From Raillietiella orientalis (Eukaryota): a stretch of DNA of 64,000 nt. Location: NCBI GenBank assembly GCA_036172245.1, contig JAYWIR010000038.1, forward strand, positions 372,001 through 436,000, given 5' to 3'. Position 1 is the stretch's first letter, and each line of letters begins with the position of its first letter. The notes under the pieces are model-generated. The model saw only the letters and a program-made list of their open reading frames with translations. It was not told where the DNA came from and ran no database searches. Below, one piece after another: positions 39,401 to 52,000 of the stretch. Position numbers and translations under genes: made by a program.

Positions 39401-39900
39401 AAATCCCGGGATCAAAGAAACCTTGACAGGAAAAAAAAAGCTATTGTAAGTTAGGAACATGAATTAAAAAAAAAAATACATCGCAATGGGGAAGTCTGCG
39501 ATCAGAAGCATTTCTTAAAAACAGCTCGATTCACGAAACATTTGTAGGCAAATCAGAGTCTCATTTTTCGGTCTCATTTCTTCATGGAGCACTGGCAATT
39601 CGCACACGAAGTGTTTCCCACTCTCCGGTAGATCAGTGGGATCCCACATCTGAAAACCTGCTTGCTGAATCGGATTCTGAGTGTTTTGGAGCAAACTGAC
39701 GGACAGGAAGTGTCTGATATTCAAACAGTTCGAATGTCTGAACTGGAATAGGATGAGGAGAAGAATCCGCCTGCTGGTATGGAGGAGAACAGACCAGAAG
39801 CCAGATCAAAGCAACACGAATTCCAGAATTACAGAACGTGAACTTCCAAGTTTTAAAAAACTGTATTGATGTAAATAAAAACCTTAGATGGAAAAAAACA
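36500..39900 (-). mobile_element. Old AT-richer L1-like LINE ORF2 relic
   Basis: Minus-strand degraded motifs in order: GKRKIPPLAFQK (PGPDG.P.EF-like, ~39000), HLAFLS (domain 3-like, ~38770), KRTGGLVD (~38040), IPPRA (~36915). Many stops and frameshifts. Confidence 0.45.
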
Positions 39901-40869
39901 AATGATTCCCATTCTAAGGTCGCAAGCATAATCAAGGCAATGAAACTCCACTTCGAATAAAACCCACAACTCCGCACCAGCCCGGGTTCGAAATGGAAGT
40001 GAAAATTCTCATAATCTCAAAGGAAAAATAAGAGATTCCATGAAAAATTCAGTGATGTGCACAGCATCTGTCTGCGGAAGCAAAAAAAAAAAAAAGGAGA
40101 GAGCGAACTAACGAATCCTAAATACGAAATGACAGGAAACATTCGGTGAGGGGGGAAAAACGAGTTGTCCACAATTCTGCAAAAATTCATCATAGATGGG
40201 AAAGACAAATGGAAAAATGATCATCGAATAACAATTCCACATATGAAACCATCCGCAAAAGCTGGTTTAAGAGAGAGCAACCTAACTATACCTTGCATGT
40301 CCTCATTCTAGGTTCCATTATGCAGCAGCTGTTGCAAAATAAAGGATACTATAACTCATCAGAGTATTAAAGAATTTTTGTCTACAATTCGAAGGAGCTC
40401 GTTTCATTCTCAGAATGAGCATCTTTGACCATCTTGGACGACACTGAAGAGGAATCGCTTTTTTTTTGTTCTTTTATTTATTTCCTTTCTCACACACCTG
40501 CATTATAAAAGTTTGAAAGTTCATCCTTTTTTCAGTGGTGGTCTTTATTTTTGTTCCTGTCTTCTTGCTACAAATCACATGCATTCCTACAAAATGTACG
40601 AAAACATTTACTTTTTGCGCTCCAATGCTGCTTCATATATGTCAATAAAAATTACATTTATCTTATATGTACGTTGCGTTCCATAAATCCAGTTTACTTC
40701 GTGGTGTTATCTTCAAGGATGAAATTCCTAGACTTTTAAACAGAAAACAGCATTTATTTTCATGTTGCTGGATATCCTTCCAACCCACAGAGTCTTTCGA
40801 GTCTTAAAAGCAAAAGGCATTTATTTAAACGAATGTGTTCTTTTTCTGATCTCTTCTAGTTCCAGCCAA

Positions 40870-42660
40870 AATTCTTTTGCTTTTTCGTCTGTATTGGGTC
40901 ACTTTTTTAAACACTAAGGCAGCAGCGAACTCTTGCTTAAAGTGGAGGAATGTTTCGGGGGAGTGGAACATCCAGAAGAAGTTGACCTCACGAACTTTTC
41001 ACTTGTTTCGAATTCGTTTGATTCAGAATGCAAATCCTCGGCATTCAAAAGCCGACTTGAATGCAAGGAATTTGTGGGAACTTAAATGTCCTCGTGAGAA
41101 GGCCTCCATTTCCAAGCTATTTCGAAATCGTGACTGTGATCTTTCTGAGGAGTATTCATTGCCCAAGGCAAAGCTGAAAAGCAGATTCGAAAAATTCAAT
41201 GCGTTTCAAGATACGAACGCAATAAATGCTTGTACGCTTGTACTCGGACTCACGAAATTGATCAGTGGATCGATATTTACAAGTTAATATACAAATAACG
41301 AAGTACAAATGATGATCGCGTGTAATTTTTTCAAGGGAAATAAGCAGTACTTGAATGGCATTCACAGGATTTATCGTTTTCCATTGTCGAGGATAGACAG
41401 ATTTTTATTCCAAATAAGTATGTCTTTAAAGGAATCGATTGAGGAGCAGCAGGCAGACATCTAAAGATCGTTTTTGGATTATGAAACAGAAAAATTCGGG
41501 CACACATTGGCGACTGCCGAGAGAGAGGAACCCAAAAGGATGTGACCGGTGGTGATGTTGGCTGTTAGGCGTAAAGATAGGGATATGGCTTGAACCATTC
41601 GTCTTATGGTTTCTAAGAGTGGGATGAAGAGGGAGAGGAATATTGGGGTTCCTTTAGGTGTAAGATGAGCTAGGAAGTGGGAGGGGTTACTGGAGATGGT
41701 AAAGAGTTGTCTGGAGGTTCAAAGGGGGTGGCTAGAGAAAGGGAGAGAAAGAGGTAGGCGGATGAGGGGAATGTGCAAGGGGTGAGTCTTGAGAAATTGA
41801 TGAGGGGGATGAAAATTTTGATTGAAGGGGTAGTTTGGGGGTGAAGCTTATTGTTGATAGTTTTTGATAGTAATTTGATGGGGTTTAGTGATAATGAATT
41901 TGGAAATGGATGGTAAAAGTAATAGGGGGTATGTAATGAGTAGGATGATAGTGATGGAGGTCGTCATGTGTCATGGTAAGGATGAGGTGGAGGGGTCGAA
42001 TTGAGAGAAGGTGGAACAGAAAAATTCGGGAAAACATTGGCGACTTCCGAGAGAGAGGCACCCAAATTGGAGCAACTCGGATTGCAACAGGGTCATTCTC
42101 GGAAAGAAAAATTTCAAGTTTTGTGACAGGATTGACGAACGAAGCAACAAAAGGGACACCTTAATCCACGGACGCAGTTCCCCTGACTGCCCTGGGATAA
42201 ATGTCTAAGACGGAAAAAATCCACCTCATCCGATCCATTGTGGGAAGATGAAGCAGGGAGATGCCATCTGTGGTCTCTCAGAAACAGTCTCAAGGTTGCT
42301 TCTCTTCTGCCGAACAAAATGTTTGCAAAGCCGACATCTCTCGTCCTTTCGAATAGAGTTCGTGTGTTTTACGAGCAGATTTCTTTCGTTGTTCTCGTCT
42401 CTCTTCGTCAGCACTTCCCCCCCCCCCCCCCGTCCAGTCGGAAGTAACCCGGAAGAAGTTTTCCCCGGATGGAAGTTTCTCCCCTGCAGAGCAGGGGGAG
42501 ATGCCTTGTGCCAGGAACGGGATAGGGGGGGGGGGAGTCCTGGGTCCAGGTCCCGTGGATGTGACCGAGACCGGGCCCTGGAGGAGGCACGGCCGGAAGC
42601 TTCGCTCGCCGAGCACCTGAGACCTCATTCGGTTTTCATGACTCATTTTCAGCAGTCCCC
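40870..42660 (+). mobile_element. Degenerate LINE APE-endonuclease relic interrupted by the NUMT
   Basis: TCG AGG ATA GAC AGA TTT (SRIDRF) at 41387, followed by G(T/K)HWRLP (WKLN-like) inside the duplicated 52 bp. Outer limits approximate. Confidence 0.55.
41530..42014 (-). pseudogene. atp6: NUMT: nuclear copy of most of mitochondrial ATP synthase F0 subunit 6
   Basis: With the invertebrate mitochondrial code the minus strand reads FSQFDPSTSSLPW ... NFSSLTP ... PLWTSSQLFTISSNPSHFLAHLTPKGTPMFLSLFIPLLETMSRMVQAMSLSLRLTANITTGHILLG (ATP6 signatures FDPS, LAHL.P.GTP, RLTAN..GH). Strong strand asymmetry (G-poor coding strand); at least one frameshift. Confidence 0.92.
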
Positions 42661-42766
42661 ATGCACTTTCCATACATGCTAAACAAATAAATAGAAAAGT
42701 ACCCAGAGAAATACAACATTTGAACATTCGAGGGGCTAAGCAAGCCGTCGAAGACACAATACAGCC

Positions 42767-45700
42767 ATGGTAAGAATTTTTCTCATTTTTTTTTTTTTTG
42801 GCATAAGCGACTAGGTGGAAAATTGACTTGAAAATTAACAAGATTTTTTTTTGTTTCGATTTTGGAAACTTATGCTTATGATGTATCGAAAATGCCTGCA
42901 TGATGCCGATCCCTCTCCCGAGCACAATTAGTTTTCTGATATTCTTATTCTAGCTTAAGTACTATGAAAATTATTATTACGTAAATATGGGATAATGAAA
43001 AAATTACACATTCAGTAATGTAATGCATTCATTGCATTTAGTTTTATAATAATCTGCATATTACTCCGAAATGTTTGAATTATTTCATTAATTTATTTTT
43101 TTCTTTTTGGAACATCTGCACATTTCAGTTTTCACCTTGAAAAAAACATTTTGGTTCTGTAGTTTTTCATTCAAATTAACACTGTCTATTCAAAAGAAAT
43201 TCCATTCAAATTCTGTATTGGATGAACTTTTATATTGGGTGTGGTTATTTATGTGGATGAAATTCCAACATTAACTCTTAAGAATTCATAAAAGACAACT
43301 CAAAGATTAATCTCACTGTTATATTGAACATCAAAGATAGCATATGTGCAGTTTGATATTTGCATTTGCTTAAACGTTTTCAGGGTACATTTGAATCAAA
43401 GAAAATATTGAAATTAACTCGACTGATATTGAAGTCTTTCTTGGTATTCTTTGAATTCATTTGAAAGGAAAATCTTGAAGGCTCTTGTAAGCTGAGGAAT
43501 TGTGATTTTGTTCAAGAGCTTTAGACCTTCATTAACATTGTAAACTCAGATGCATTTGTTCCACAAGAAAAGAAAGTTTTACATCTCCTTGTCATGAGTG
43601 ATTGGTAAAAGTTGTCAATTCTTCAAGAAACTAGGTTTAAATATTGGAGAAATTTTCTGAACAAAAGTGTTATTCAGTGACATAATTGAAATACAGCACA
43701 TGCATTTAAATGAACTGTTGAACAAATCTTGAGGAATGATTGGTACATTTTTCCCAGACACAAAATGATTGCAATCACTGAAATTGGCTCTAAACAAAAC
43801 ATATTAACATGATTTTTCTTGAATGAACAAGTAATAAAAGAAAATATTAATGAACAGTTTCTGCTGTTAAGAAACATCCCAAGTCAGTCAGATTTTTTGT
43901 CACATTGATGGTTAAGAAACATTATTGTGCAGCAGTAAATGTGACAGCTGTATAGTTAGAACACCGACTGTTGAAATTCTGTCTCTAATTTACAGAACCA
44001 TACTTCTTATAAAGAAACAGAAATTGAATCAAACCATGCATTATTTTATAACAGGGGTACATTTGCCATATTTTAAAGGGAAGATCTGGTGATGACTTTA
44101 ATGGGTGCATACATAGCAAGTGAACTCTGTTTCTAAAATACTTCAAGTATGTTTCAGTGTTTAAAAAATTTCCATCTATGGAAAAGATGATTTGAGGTAA
44201 ATTTTGTAAATGTATCAATATCTTGGGTGGTCTCTAAATGCTGAGTACATGTGATATGTCGACTTTTGCTACCTATATAGCTACAGCAAACCAGTATGTG
44301 AATGTGATGTGAATTCTAGGCAGAATTCCTTGCACTTTTGAAGAATGAGTATCTGTGGAATTAACCAGTGGTATCATTTGTGGAATACAAATGCCATATT
44401 GCAACAGTTTTTCTCCAGTACTATCCCTGCTTGATTATATATATTTTGATATGGGCAATTTATTTACTACTTCAGATGCAATTATATTACAGCGCCCACA
44501 GAAAAGTAGAAAGGAACATGACTCAGTTTGGCAATTGAAGCAATTGCAGCAAGTCGAAGTTGATTTGCTTTACTGATAAATATGTCTTTAGTGCATAGTT
44601 AGTAAAAAAAAAAAAAAAAAAAAAAGTGCAGAAATGCATGCATATGCAATAAAAGGGTGGCTTTTGAATAAATTTTGAAAGAAAGGGGGCACTATTCTGT
44701 AATTCTGAATTTTTCAAAAACTAAACAAAATCGTGGCAGTGTGTATAGTACTTCTTTGAGAAGGTATAGTGTGGAAACATTTTAAAAACTTGGAAAATGT
44801 CACTGAAACGAAATTAATGATGGATTGATAAATTGTTTAGGCACATCAGAATGGTTGGTTGATCTGTTTCATAAATTTGTGAAAATATATATTCTAAACG
44901 TATGTTTTATTATATAATGGCAACATCTGTATTTTTATTTGAAAATGGCATGTATAGCTTTATGTGAAATCAAATCCAGTGTGTAATTGTTTCTTGTTTG
45001 TAAAGGCTGCAAATTCAGAAATTCTGCAAATTCACTCCGAAAGTTATTAATTTTGTTAACCCAATTTCAAACAAGTCATTTCAAGTGAAATGGTGATTGT
45101 GGAGCAATGATAAAGGGATTATATGATTAGGGTTGGAAGTTGTTCTTTTTGTCAGTGTGTAATTGAATTAATTACAAAATGAGTTGTTTTTTTCCAAAGT
45201 GGGTACCACTTTGGAAGAGAGAAAAAAAAAAAGTTGAATAGGTTTGAAACTGAACCAGGCTTACACGGTTTTGATGGTTGTATACTGTAGTAAGGTAAAA
45301 AGCAGATCGAAAATCATTTCCAAGTCTGAAGACTTGGAATTCAATCATAAAAGTGGAGTGTCACCTTGCAAAAATTACCCATATCGTTAGAAGTCGTGGA
45401 TTGAATGCGCCATTATTCATCATTTTATTGTATGTAATCAGTTCAATTCAATTCTGGCCATTAGTGACTTTTTTGCTTTTGTTTTTTAAGACTTATCTTT
45501 GAGAATTCACATGATGCCTCTTTGTCACCTGAAAGTATGTCTGTTGGAATCCCAGGGTGAAAAAAATGATTACTTGCTTGCAATATTGCCACATGAACAT
45601 TAAAATAACTATGAATGAAATGTATTGGAGTTTATTTGTACATTTTTTAATTTATTTTTAGTTTCGCAACCAGTACGATAATGATGTGTCTGTATGGAGT

Positions 45701-46580
45701 CCACTTGGCAGATTGCATCAGGTTAACACTTAATGTATCCTCATACACATGCATCAAAATCTTTGATAGGTTGAGTATGCAATGGAAGCAGTAAAGCAAG
45801 GTTCTGCTGCTGTAGGAGTGAAAAACAAAACACATGCTGTGCTAGCTGCCCTGAAGCGATCCTCCTCTGAATTGTCAGCTTATCAGAAAAAGGTAATACC
45901 AATCGATGAACACGTGGGTGTAGCTTTGGCTGGATTAACTGCTGATGCCAGACTCCTAAGGTAAGATGACACCCAATGATTGTCTCTATATATCAAGCCT
46001 AGCTCCTTTATGAGATCCGAATGCCTTAACAACCGCTACACATATGATGCTCCATTACCTGTTGGTCGTTTGTTGGCATTGCTGGGTAACAAATTACAGA
46101 TAGGTACTCAACGCTATGACAGAAGACCGTTTGGAGTAGGCCTTTTACTAGCTGGATATGATGTAAGAAACAATTTCAGTGCACATGTCATGATTTCAAT
46201 AGGATCAAGGACCGCATATATACCAGACTTGTCCTTCAGCAAATTACTTTGATTGCCGTTCTATGGCTATTGGTGCAAGATCACAGTCTGCACGCACATA
46301 TCTGGAAAAGCATTTGGAAGAGTTTGTAGACTGTGATGTTAATCAGTTAGTTAGGCATGCGCTGCATGCCCTACGTGATACTTTGCCCAGTGAAGTGGAA
46401 CTGACTACACGCAACTGTGTAGTTGCCATTGTGGGCCAAAACATGCCATTTACAATCTATGAGGATGAACTGGTTGCACCTTTTATAAACACCATGGAGA
46501 AAAAAGTACAAGAGCGTGATCATGCTGCAACAGATCCTCCTGCTGATCCAACTCAAGACATTCCGATGGAAACTGGTTAA
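42767..46580 (+). CDS. PSMA1: 20S proteasome subunit alpha type-1 (alpha6), 5 coding exons, 263 aa
   Basis: Exons 42767-42769 (ATG only, inferred from GCCATG|GTAAGA), 45662-45721 ([20 protein letters not shown]), 45770-45960, 46003-46162 ([14 protein letters not shown]), 46203-46580 ([22 protein letters not shown]); 792 nt in frame; AATAAA at ~46595. The ATG exon is less certain than the rest. Confidence 0.93.
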
Positions 46581-46711
46581 CTATTTCTAATGCTAATAAA
46601 AAGTTTGAATGCTGCCATCTGTGTGTCAGTTAATAAACTAAATGGGAAGTGATCGATTCATGACTTTACTCGTTCCAGTTTTGCCACGGGATGCTGATGT
46701 TTACATTTATG

Positions 46712-46764
46712 TGTATATATAAAGATATATGGATATATATATATGTGTGTGTGTGTGTGTATAT
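46712..46764. repeat. (TA)n/(TG)n microsatellite between convergent 3' ends
   Basis: ATATATATATATGTGTGTGTGTGTGTGTATAT seen directly. Confidence 0.8.
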
Positions 46765-47304
46765 GAATGTAATCTTTGTGTTTACTTGTCAAGGTACTAC
46801 TGTACATATGACGGAAACGAAACATGTTCGCAACAAATAAGCTTAGTCACTCTACAACTACCTTAAATTGCAAACGCGTTTATACAATCGCTGCATTCGG
46901 CAAAATCAGTGGAACAATCTATAAGAAACATTTATTTATGCCAAGTACAATGTAATTGTAAACAAAAATCCTAAAACTATACAATGCAACTCAAGTTTTA
47001 TATATAACAAGGTTAAATATTAAAACTAAGTTTACAGATGCAATAAACATTTTACAATTCCTGAACGTTGGGACAGCCGAAGTACTTGATAAATTACAAC
47101 GGAAGTGGCAAGTCACAGCACTCATGGAATATTATCCCGTATAACTTAGCCTCATTCTCATTGGAGTTCCAATCAACCATTTAAAATAAACCACAATCCT
47201 CACCATCCTACCGATTTTATTACGCTTAGTTCTATATTCAAGGGTTTCGGTAGGTCTGGTTTCATTACGACCAGTTCTCATTCAAGCACTAAATCACACA
47301 TTCT

Positions 47305-47716
47305 TTACGCATCTTCTTCATCTTCATCTCCTTCTTCCTCCCCCTCAGCTTCTTCATCTTCTTCAAAAAATTGATATGGCAAAAAAACAATTCCTGTGCT
47401 TACCTTCGCCTTCGGCTTCCTCATCAAATTCGTCTTCACCTTCTGGAATTTCATCATCTTCCTCCTCACCTTCTAGATCTTCTTCGTCCTCCTCATCACC
47501 TTCCCCGTTCTCTTCACTTTTTTTTAACTTTTTATGATCAATTTCATTTTCCTACGAGGCAAATTTCATGAGGGTGCTCGGGAGAATTTCAAGTTAACGT
47601 ACCTCTGCTTGTCTCTTTTTTGATTTCAGCTCTGCCTTTGGATCACCTCCTGACTTATCTGTGTCATCTGTGTGTTTTTCTACTACTATTTCCGAATTAT
47701 TCTCTTTACTACTCAT
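47305..47716 (-). CDS. Small highly acidic protein with putative bipartite NLS (prothymosin/parathymosin-like composition), 3 exons, 105 aa
   Basis: GT-AG exons 47603-47716, 47404-47551, 47305-47360 (318 nt, introns 51 and 43 nt): MSSKENNSEIVVEKHTDDTDKSGGDPKAELKSKKRQAEENEIDHKKLKKSEENGEGDEEDEEDLEGEEEDDEIPEGEDEFDEEAEGEEDEEAEGEEEGDEDEEDA*. Minus-strand AATAAA at 46931-46936. Confidence 0.85.
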
Positions 47717-49549
47717 TGTTGTTTTCTTATCGTGAGAGCAACCTATTCACACATACACTTCAACCTCTGCGGTACAACTAAACAGTAGGTATGGCGGGTA
47801 CGGATGCCGATAAAACTTGATTGGCTGAAAGTTATTTGCAACATTAACATTAATATGAAGGAAATCACACGTTGTTGTCATTTAATTTGTAAATAAATTG
47901 CATCGGGAGGCGCGGTTTTACATAGCCGTTTACCAAAATTCGGGTTCGCGCGGTAACAAATAAGTTATTTAACATAATCTAGAACACACAAATCCAAAAG
48001 CGTACTTTGGTTCTAGAGCTAACTGTATTTCTTTATCATTCGCCGGAAAGTTGATTGACGCGCTGCTAGGAGCGCTGCTTCGCAATGGAGATCGTAACAC
48101 GGGATGAAAGCGCCGAAGAATTTTTAATTATCCCATGCCGGAAAAGCATGGAAAACATACAAGCGTGTGTTTTGAGTGCTTCGAGCGTATGATGGGCGAA
48201 TTGCTTCTTCTTCTTCGTCGTCTTCTTCTTCTTCCCCTTTTTTTCGTTTTCTTTTCTTTTTTTTTTTTTTCCTTTTTCCTCTTTCTTCCTTTCCCCCCTC
48301 CCTCCCCTCCCCCTCCCTCCCCCCCTTCTCCGGCCCTGTTCGTTGAATTTTCCTGTACGTTTTTCAAGTCTTGGTGTGCAAGATTTTTCTCTCGCCGAGA
48401 GCATACTTGTGGCGTCTGCATTTATGATAAGCAAGTCGAGAAATTATTAGCCTCGTCGTTGCATCCTGCAACTGCAGCAGGTATTCGTGCAAGTCGACGA
48501 TATTTGTGCACCAGGAATTGAGAGGTTACAAAGAGAACCACTTATGATGATTTCACGGCGCCATCCGAACCCTGGAACGACTCGCATGCTGCTGCCGCTG
48601 CTGCTGCTGCTGCGGTGGATTTTTCGATACCTCCGGGATCCCGCTGGCGCCCAACGGCTGGTCGGTGCTCCTCCCCTGGAGGAGCATCCCTCCGGTCCCC
48701 GGCAGTGCGTCCACCGGAATCCTTGCGGATTTCCTGCCCCGCCGCGGTGGGAAGCATCGTGGGACCATCTTTTCCCTCCCTTTCTGAACGGCTCTTTCCC
48801 TCCACACCGTCCGCGACGGCTCTCAGGGAACCATCTTGACGAGAAGAGCCCACGACCGAAAGGCAAGCGTTGAAGGCAACGATTGCTAGAAGAAGAGGGA
48901 GGGGTGCTTTGGTTTTTCTCTTTTTCTTTTTGTTTGTTTTGCCTGTGTGTGTTGTTTTTGCTTTTAACAGCGAGGCTGCAGCCGTGGTCCGGCGCGGCTT
49001 CGCCCGAACCTCATTCCCCCCCCCCTCCCCCCCCCGCTATTGTTGCTCTTATTATTACCGCACGCGAAGCAGTCGTGCCAGGTTCCCCTACGACACCTAC
49101 GTGTCGCGAGCCCACCACCTTACATCCTGCGAACTCGGCCCCCGCAAATCTTCGCATCCCCCTATGAACGGAAAGATCCAGAAAGCAAGGGCCCCTACTT
49201 CTTAGGTGCTCGGCGCCCATTCTTTGACTCCATTCGACGGTGACCCCCTCACGAAGTCCCCTCCTCCTCACCGGCTGCTCTCGGATTGCAAAAAAGCTCC
49301 AAATGCTGCTGCTCCCGGGAAACACTTCGTCCCGAACACGTCTGTCCGTGTCTCAGCTCTCCTGTTTTACGAAAACGCACACGACGTTTTTTTTTTTTGT
49401 TTTTTTTTTATGTTGCTGTTGTTTCTGTAAAGCAGGCAAGAAATTTAGATTGTGTGTTTCCTGGAATTGATTTCCTCCCTCCTACAAGTCAGCGCGTGCA
49501 CAGCAGCGCATTCACCTGAAGCACTGTACAAAGTGAGTCCAACACCCGT

Positions 49550-52000
49550 CTGTGTGTGTGTGTGTACACGTTCCTGTCTGCAGTAAACTTAAATCCCCTG
49601 CATCCTTATCTGCAATCGTCCGTTTTTTGTTCCAAGTGAACTTCCTGGCGTTTGTCCATGCGGCCTCCGGAAATTTTCCAAAAGTGGACGATCCACTCTT
49701 TTCCACTTTACTCTCGGACGAGCTTGGAAGATGCTGCAGCAGCAGCAGCAGAGGTGTGCTTGCATGCAGATTGCTGTTCCACACACACGACCGCTCCCGA
49801 AAGTGAGGCAGCTGGTTTGCCCCGAGATAAAGCCGACAAGAATCGAACCCGAGCCATGCCTTGCCCTGCTGACCACCTTTGAGCCTTCAGCACGCACGAT
49901 TCTTTAGCCCTCCCGCTAAGAAGAGGTACTCAGTTGCATTCCATACTTCCATTATATGCTAAACAGAGACTCATGGCACGAAGCACCCTCTCTGTTTTTA
50001 TTTTTTATTTTTATTTTTTTTTTTTTGGGGGGGGGGGGGGAAATCTTTGCAACTATTTTATGGAGGATATCCTGTGCATCCACCTCCAGAAAGGTGAATG
50101 TACCCTTGCTGCTTTTCGATCCAAACGTTCTTCTGCAACAAGAACTCCACTTTCCATTCCACGACTTGGCAATCGGCTTCTGTCGCAGAGTGACATTTAC
50201 GCCTCTTTCATCGTAGGAACCGCAACTACAACCACAATAGTAGAATGCTTGGGAATCGAACCCTTTCACATAGCAATGACCACGTGTAGATAAAATCTGT
50301 TACCACGCGAACTATGTAGGCTTAAACACAAATCGCCAACAGCGCCAAACATAAACCACCATCAACCTGGTTTAACCAAGTCCGCTCGAAAACGAATCTT
50401 GACCATTGCTGCATTTGCATCCTCTGATTTCTGATGATCAGTTCCCCTGGCAACGAGTTCCCCAGTGCCCTGATGGAAACAACCCGTCCGCGTCGAAACC
50501 TTCCATTCACATGACACTCGAACACTTTTTTCACCGCAGGGTTGCGCGTGCCAAGTGTACAGATCGCTAAGCAGCCATTAGGATACACCTTCCATAAGCA
50601 AGTACTTCGGCCTTCAGGCTACGGGATACAGCAGGTGCACGGCAACCTTTCAGCGAAGGGGAGGGGGGGTCTACAGAAGGCACCAGGTTACTGTTGGGCT
50701 CATGAGACGAAGGAATCTGGGGCAAACCGCCGCAGAAATGCAAGACCTCAAGAAACAAGGACTGCAGGAAGGATGTAACAGCAGCTGCAATCATTCCTTC
50801 CCATCCATCCAAACTAAGTAGGGGGGAAGGCGAATTCTTTTTAGCGATTCGCAGGAGGAAGTTCCTCCAGGTCCGGACTAGCACAAGGATCTTGTGGAAA
50901 GGTGGCTCGTGTCTGAGCGGATCCCCCCTATTCTACACCCCGTGGGAGACGCCTTCCGTAGAACGCTAAAGCGGATTGGAATGAGGCGGCCATGCAACGA
51001 CCATTCCGTAAGAGGGACCAGTACGAAGACTCCAAGAGACTGGGGTTCAAGCCACTTGGAAAGGTGAAACGATCGCCCGGGTAGCAGCTGATGCCTTGAA
51101 GTAGGTCTTAGATCTTCAGTGAGCCGCTGCACAGCATCCGTCCGGGATACCTGAAAGGCTTGTGAAAATCCAGGAAAGTGGGCGAAAAGACGGACGTCGT
51201 CGTGAAAGACTGCTGACTCGCCACTGGTGAACCTTCGCGTGCTCGCCTTCTGTTCCTCCTTGGAATTCGCTTCACCCTTTTCCCTCCTGAACGTCCAGGG
51301 AATCCCCAAACGCGCGCGGAGGTGAGTGTCTTTCGATCTCGAGAAGAGAGACCTTCCGGCTCCGCCGCAGGTGACAAGCTCGTGGCGGGAAGAGATGCCG
51401 GTCCAGCCAGCGGAGTGGCATGCTGTTGCCGACCTCCAGGTGGCACCGTCGTCACGCTCGCCAAGCCATTCTTGCGCCCTTGAGAGTTGTTCTGGCAAAG
51501 TTGCCGCCTCCCCATCGCTCGGACGAAGGTGAAGATGCTGCAGCTTCTCTGCTTCTTCGCTCTGTCCATCTTTCCGTATGCATGCAGGGTTCCGAGTAGC
51601 CGGAACGAGGAAGGACATGCACCCGGAATCTTCGTCTTCGGGAACCGCAGCGATTCCTCGGGGTGCCTTCCCTGTTCCTCGAGGCATCCAGTCCAGGACT
51701 TCGTCCGAATGCGGGAAGACGAACCGATGGCTCCCATGTGCCTTCGATGTTTCACCTCTCTCTGACGAAATTCTGGGAAGGCCCTTCGGCCATTCTTCCT
51801 CCGCCTCAAACAACCGAGCTATGGCGCTTCTCCTGCAGGGGAAGTCGCTGCCGAGAGCGAGTAGGTCCTTTGCCTCCCGTTCCCGTTCCCCCAGACACCC
51901 TTCCTGTTCGGTCGGGGCCGGACTTGCAAAGATTCTCATCCCAGTCCACCCGGCCCTAAAATTTAGTCGTCGCTTCAAGGAACAGAAGTCGTCCCCACCC
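49550..52000 (-). mobile_element. Internally deleted L1-like LINE ORF2 relic(s)
   Basis: IFASPAP (VYAP-like), LALGSDF (GDFN-like), AVFHDDVRLF (YADD-like) and SLGVF within ORF 50878-52002; post-RT-like PSLKGCRAP (~50650) and KFTWNKKR (~49635). Confidence 0.55.

Noticed and set aside
45318..45339. Palindrome TTCCAAGTCT-GA-AGACTTGGAA in PSMA1 intron 1
   Set aside because: Single short inverted repeat with no supporting context.
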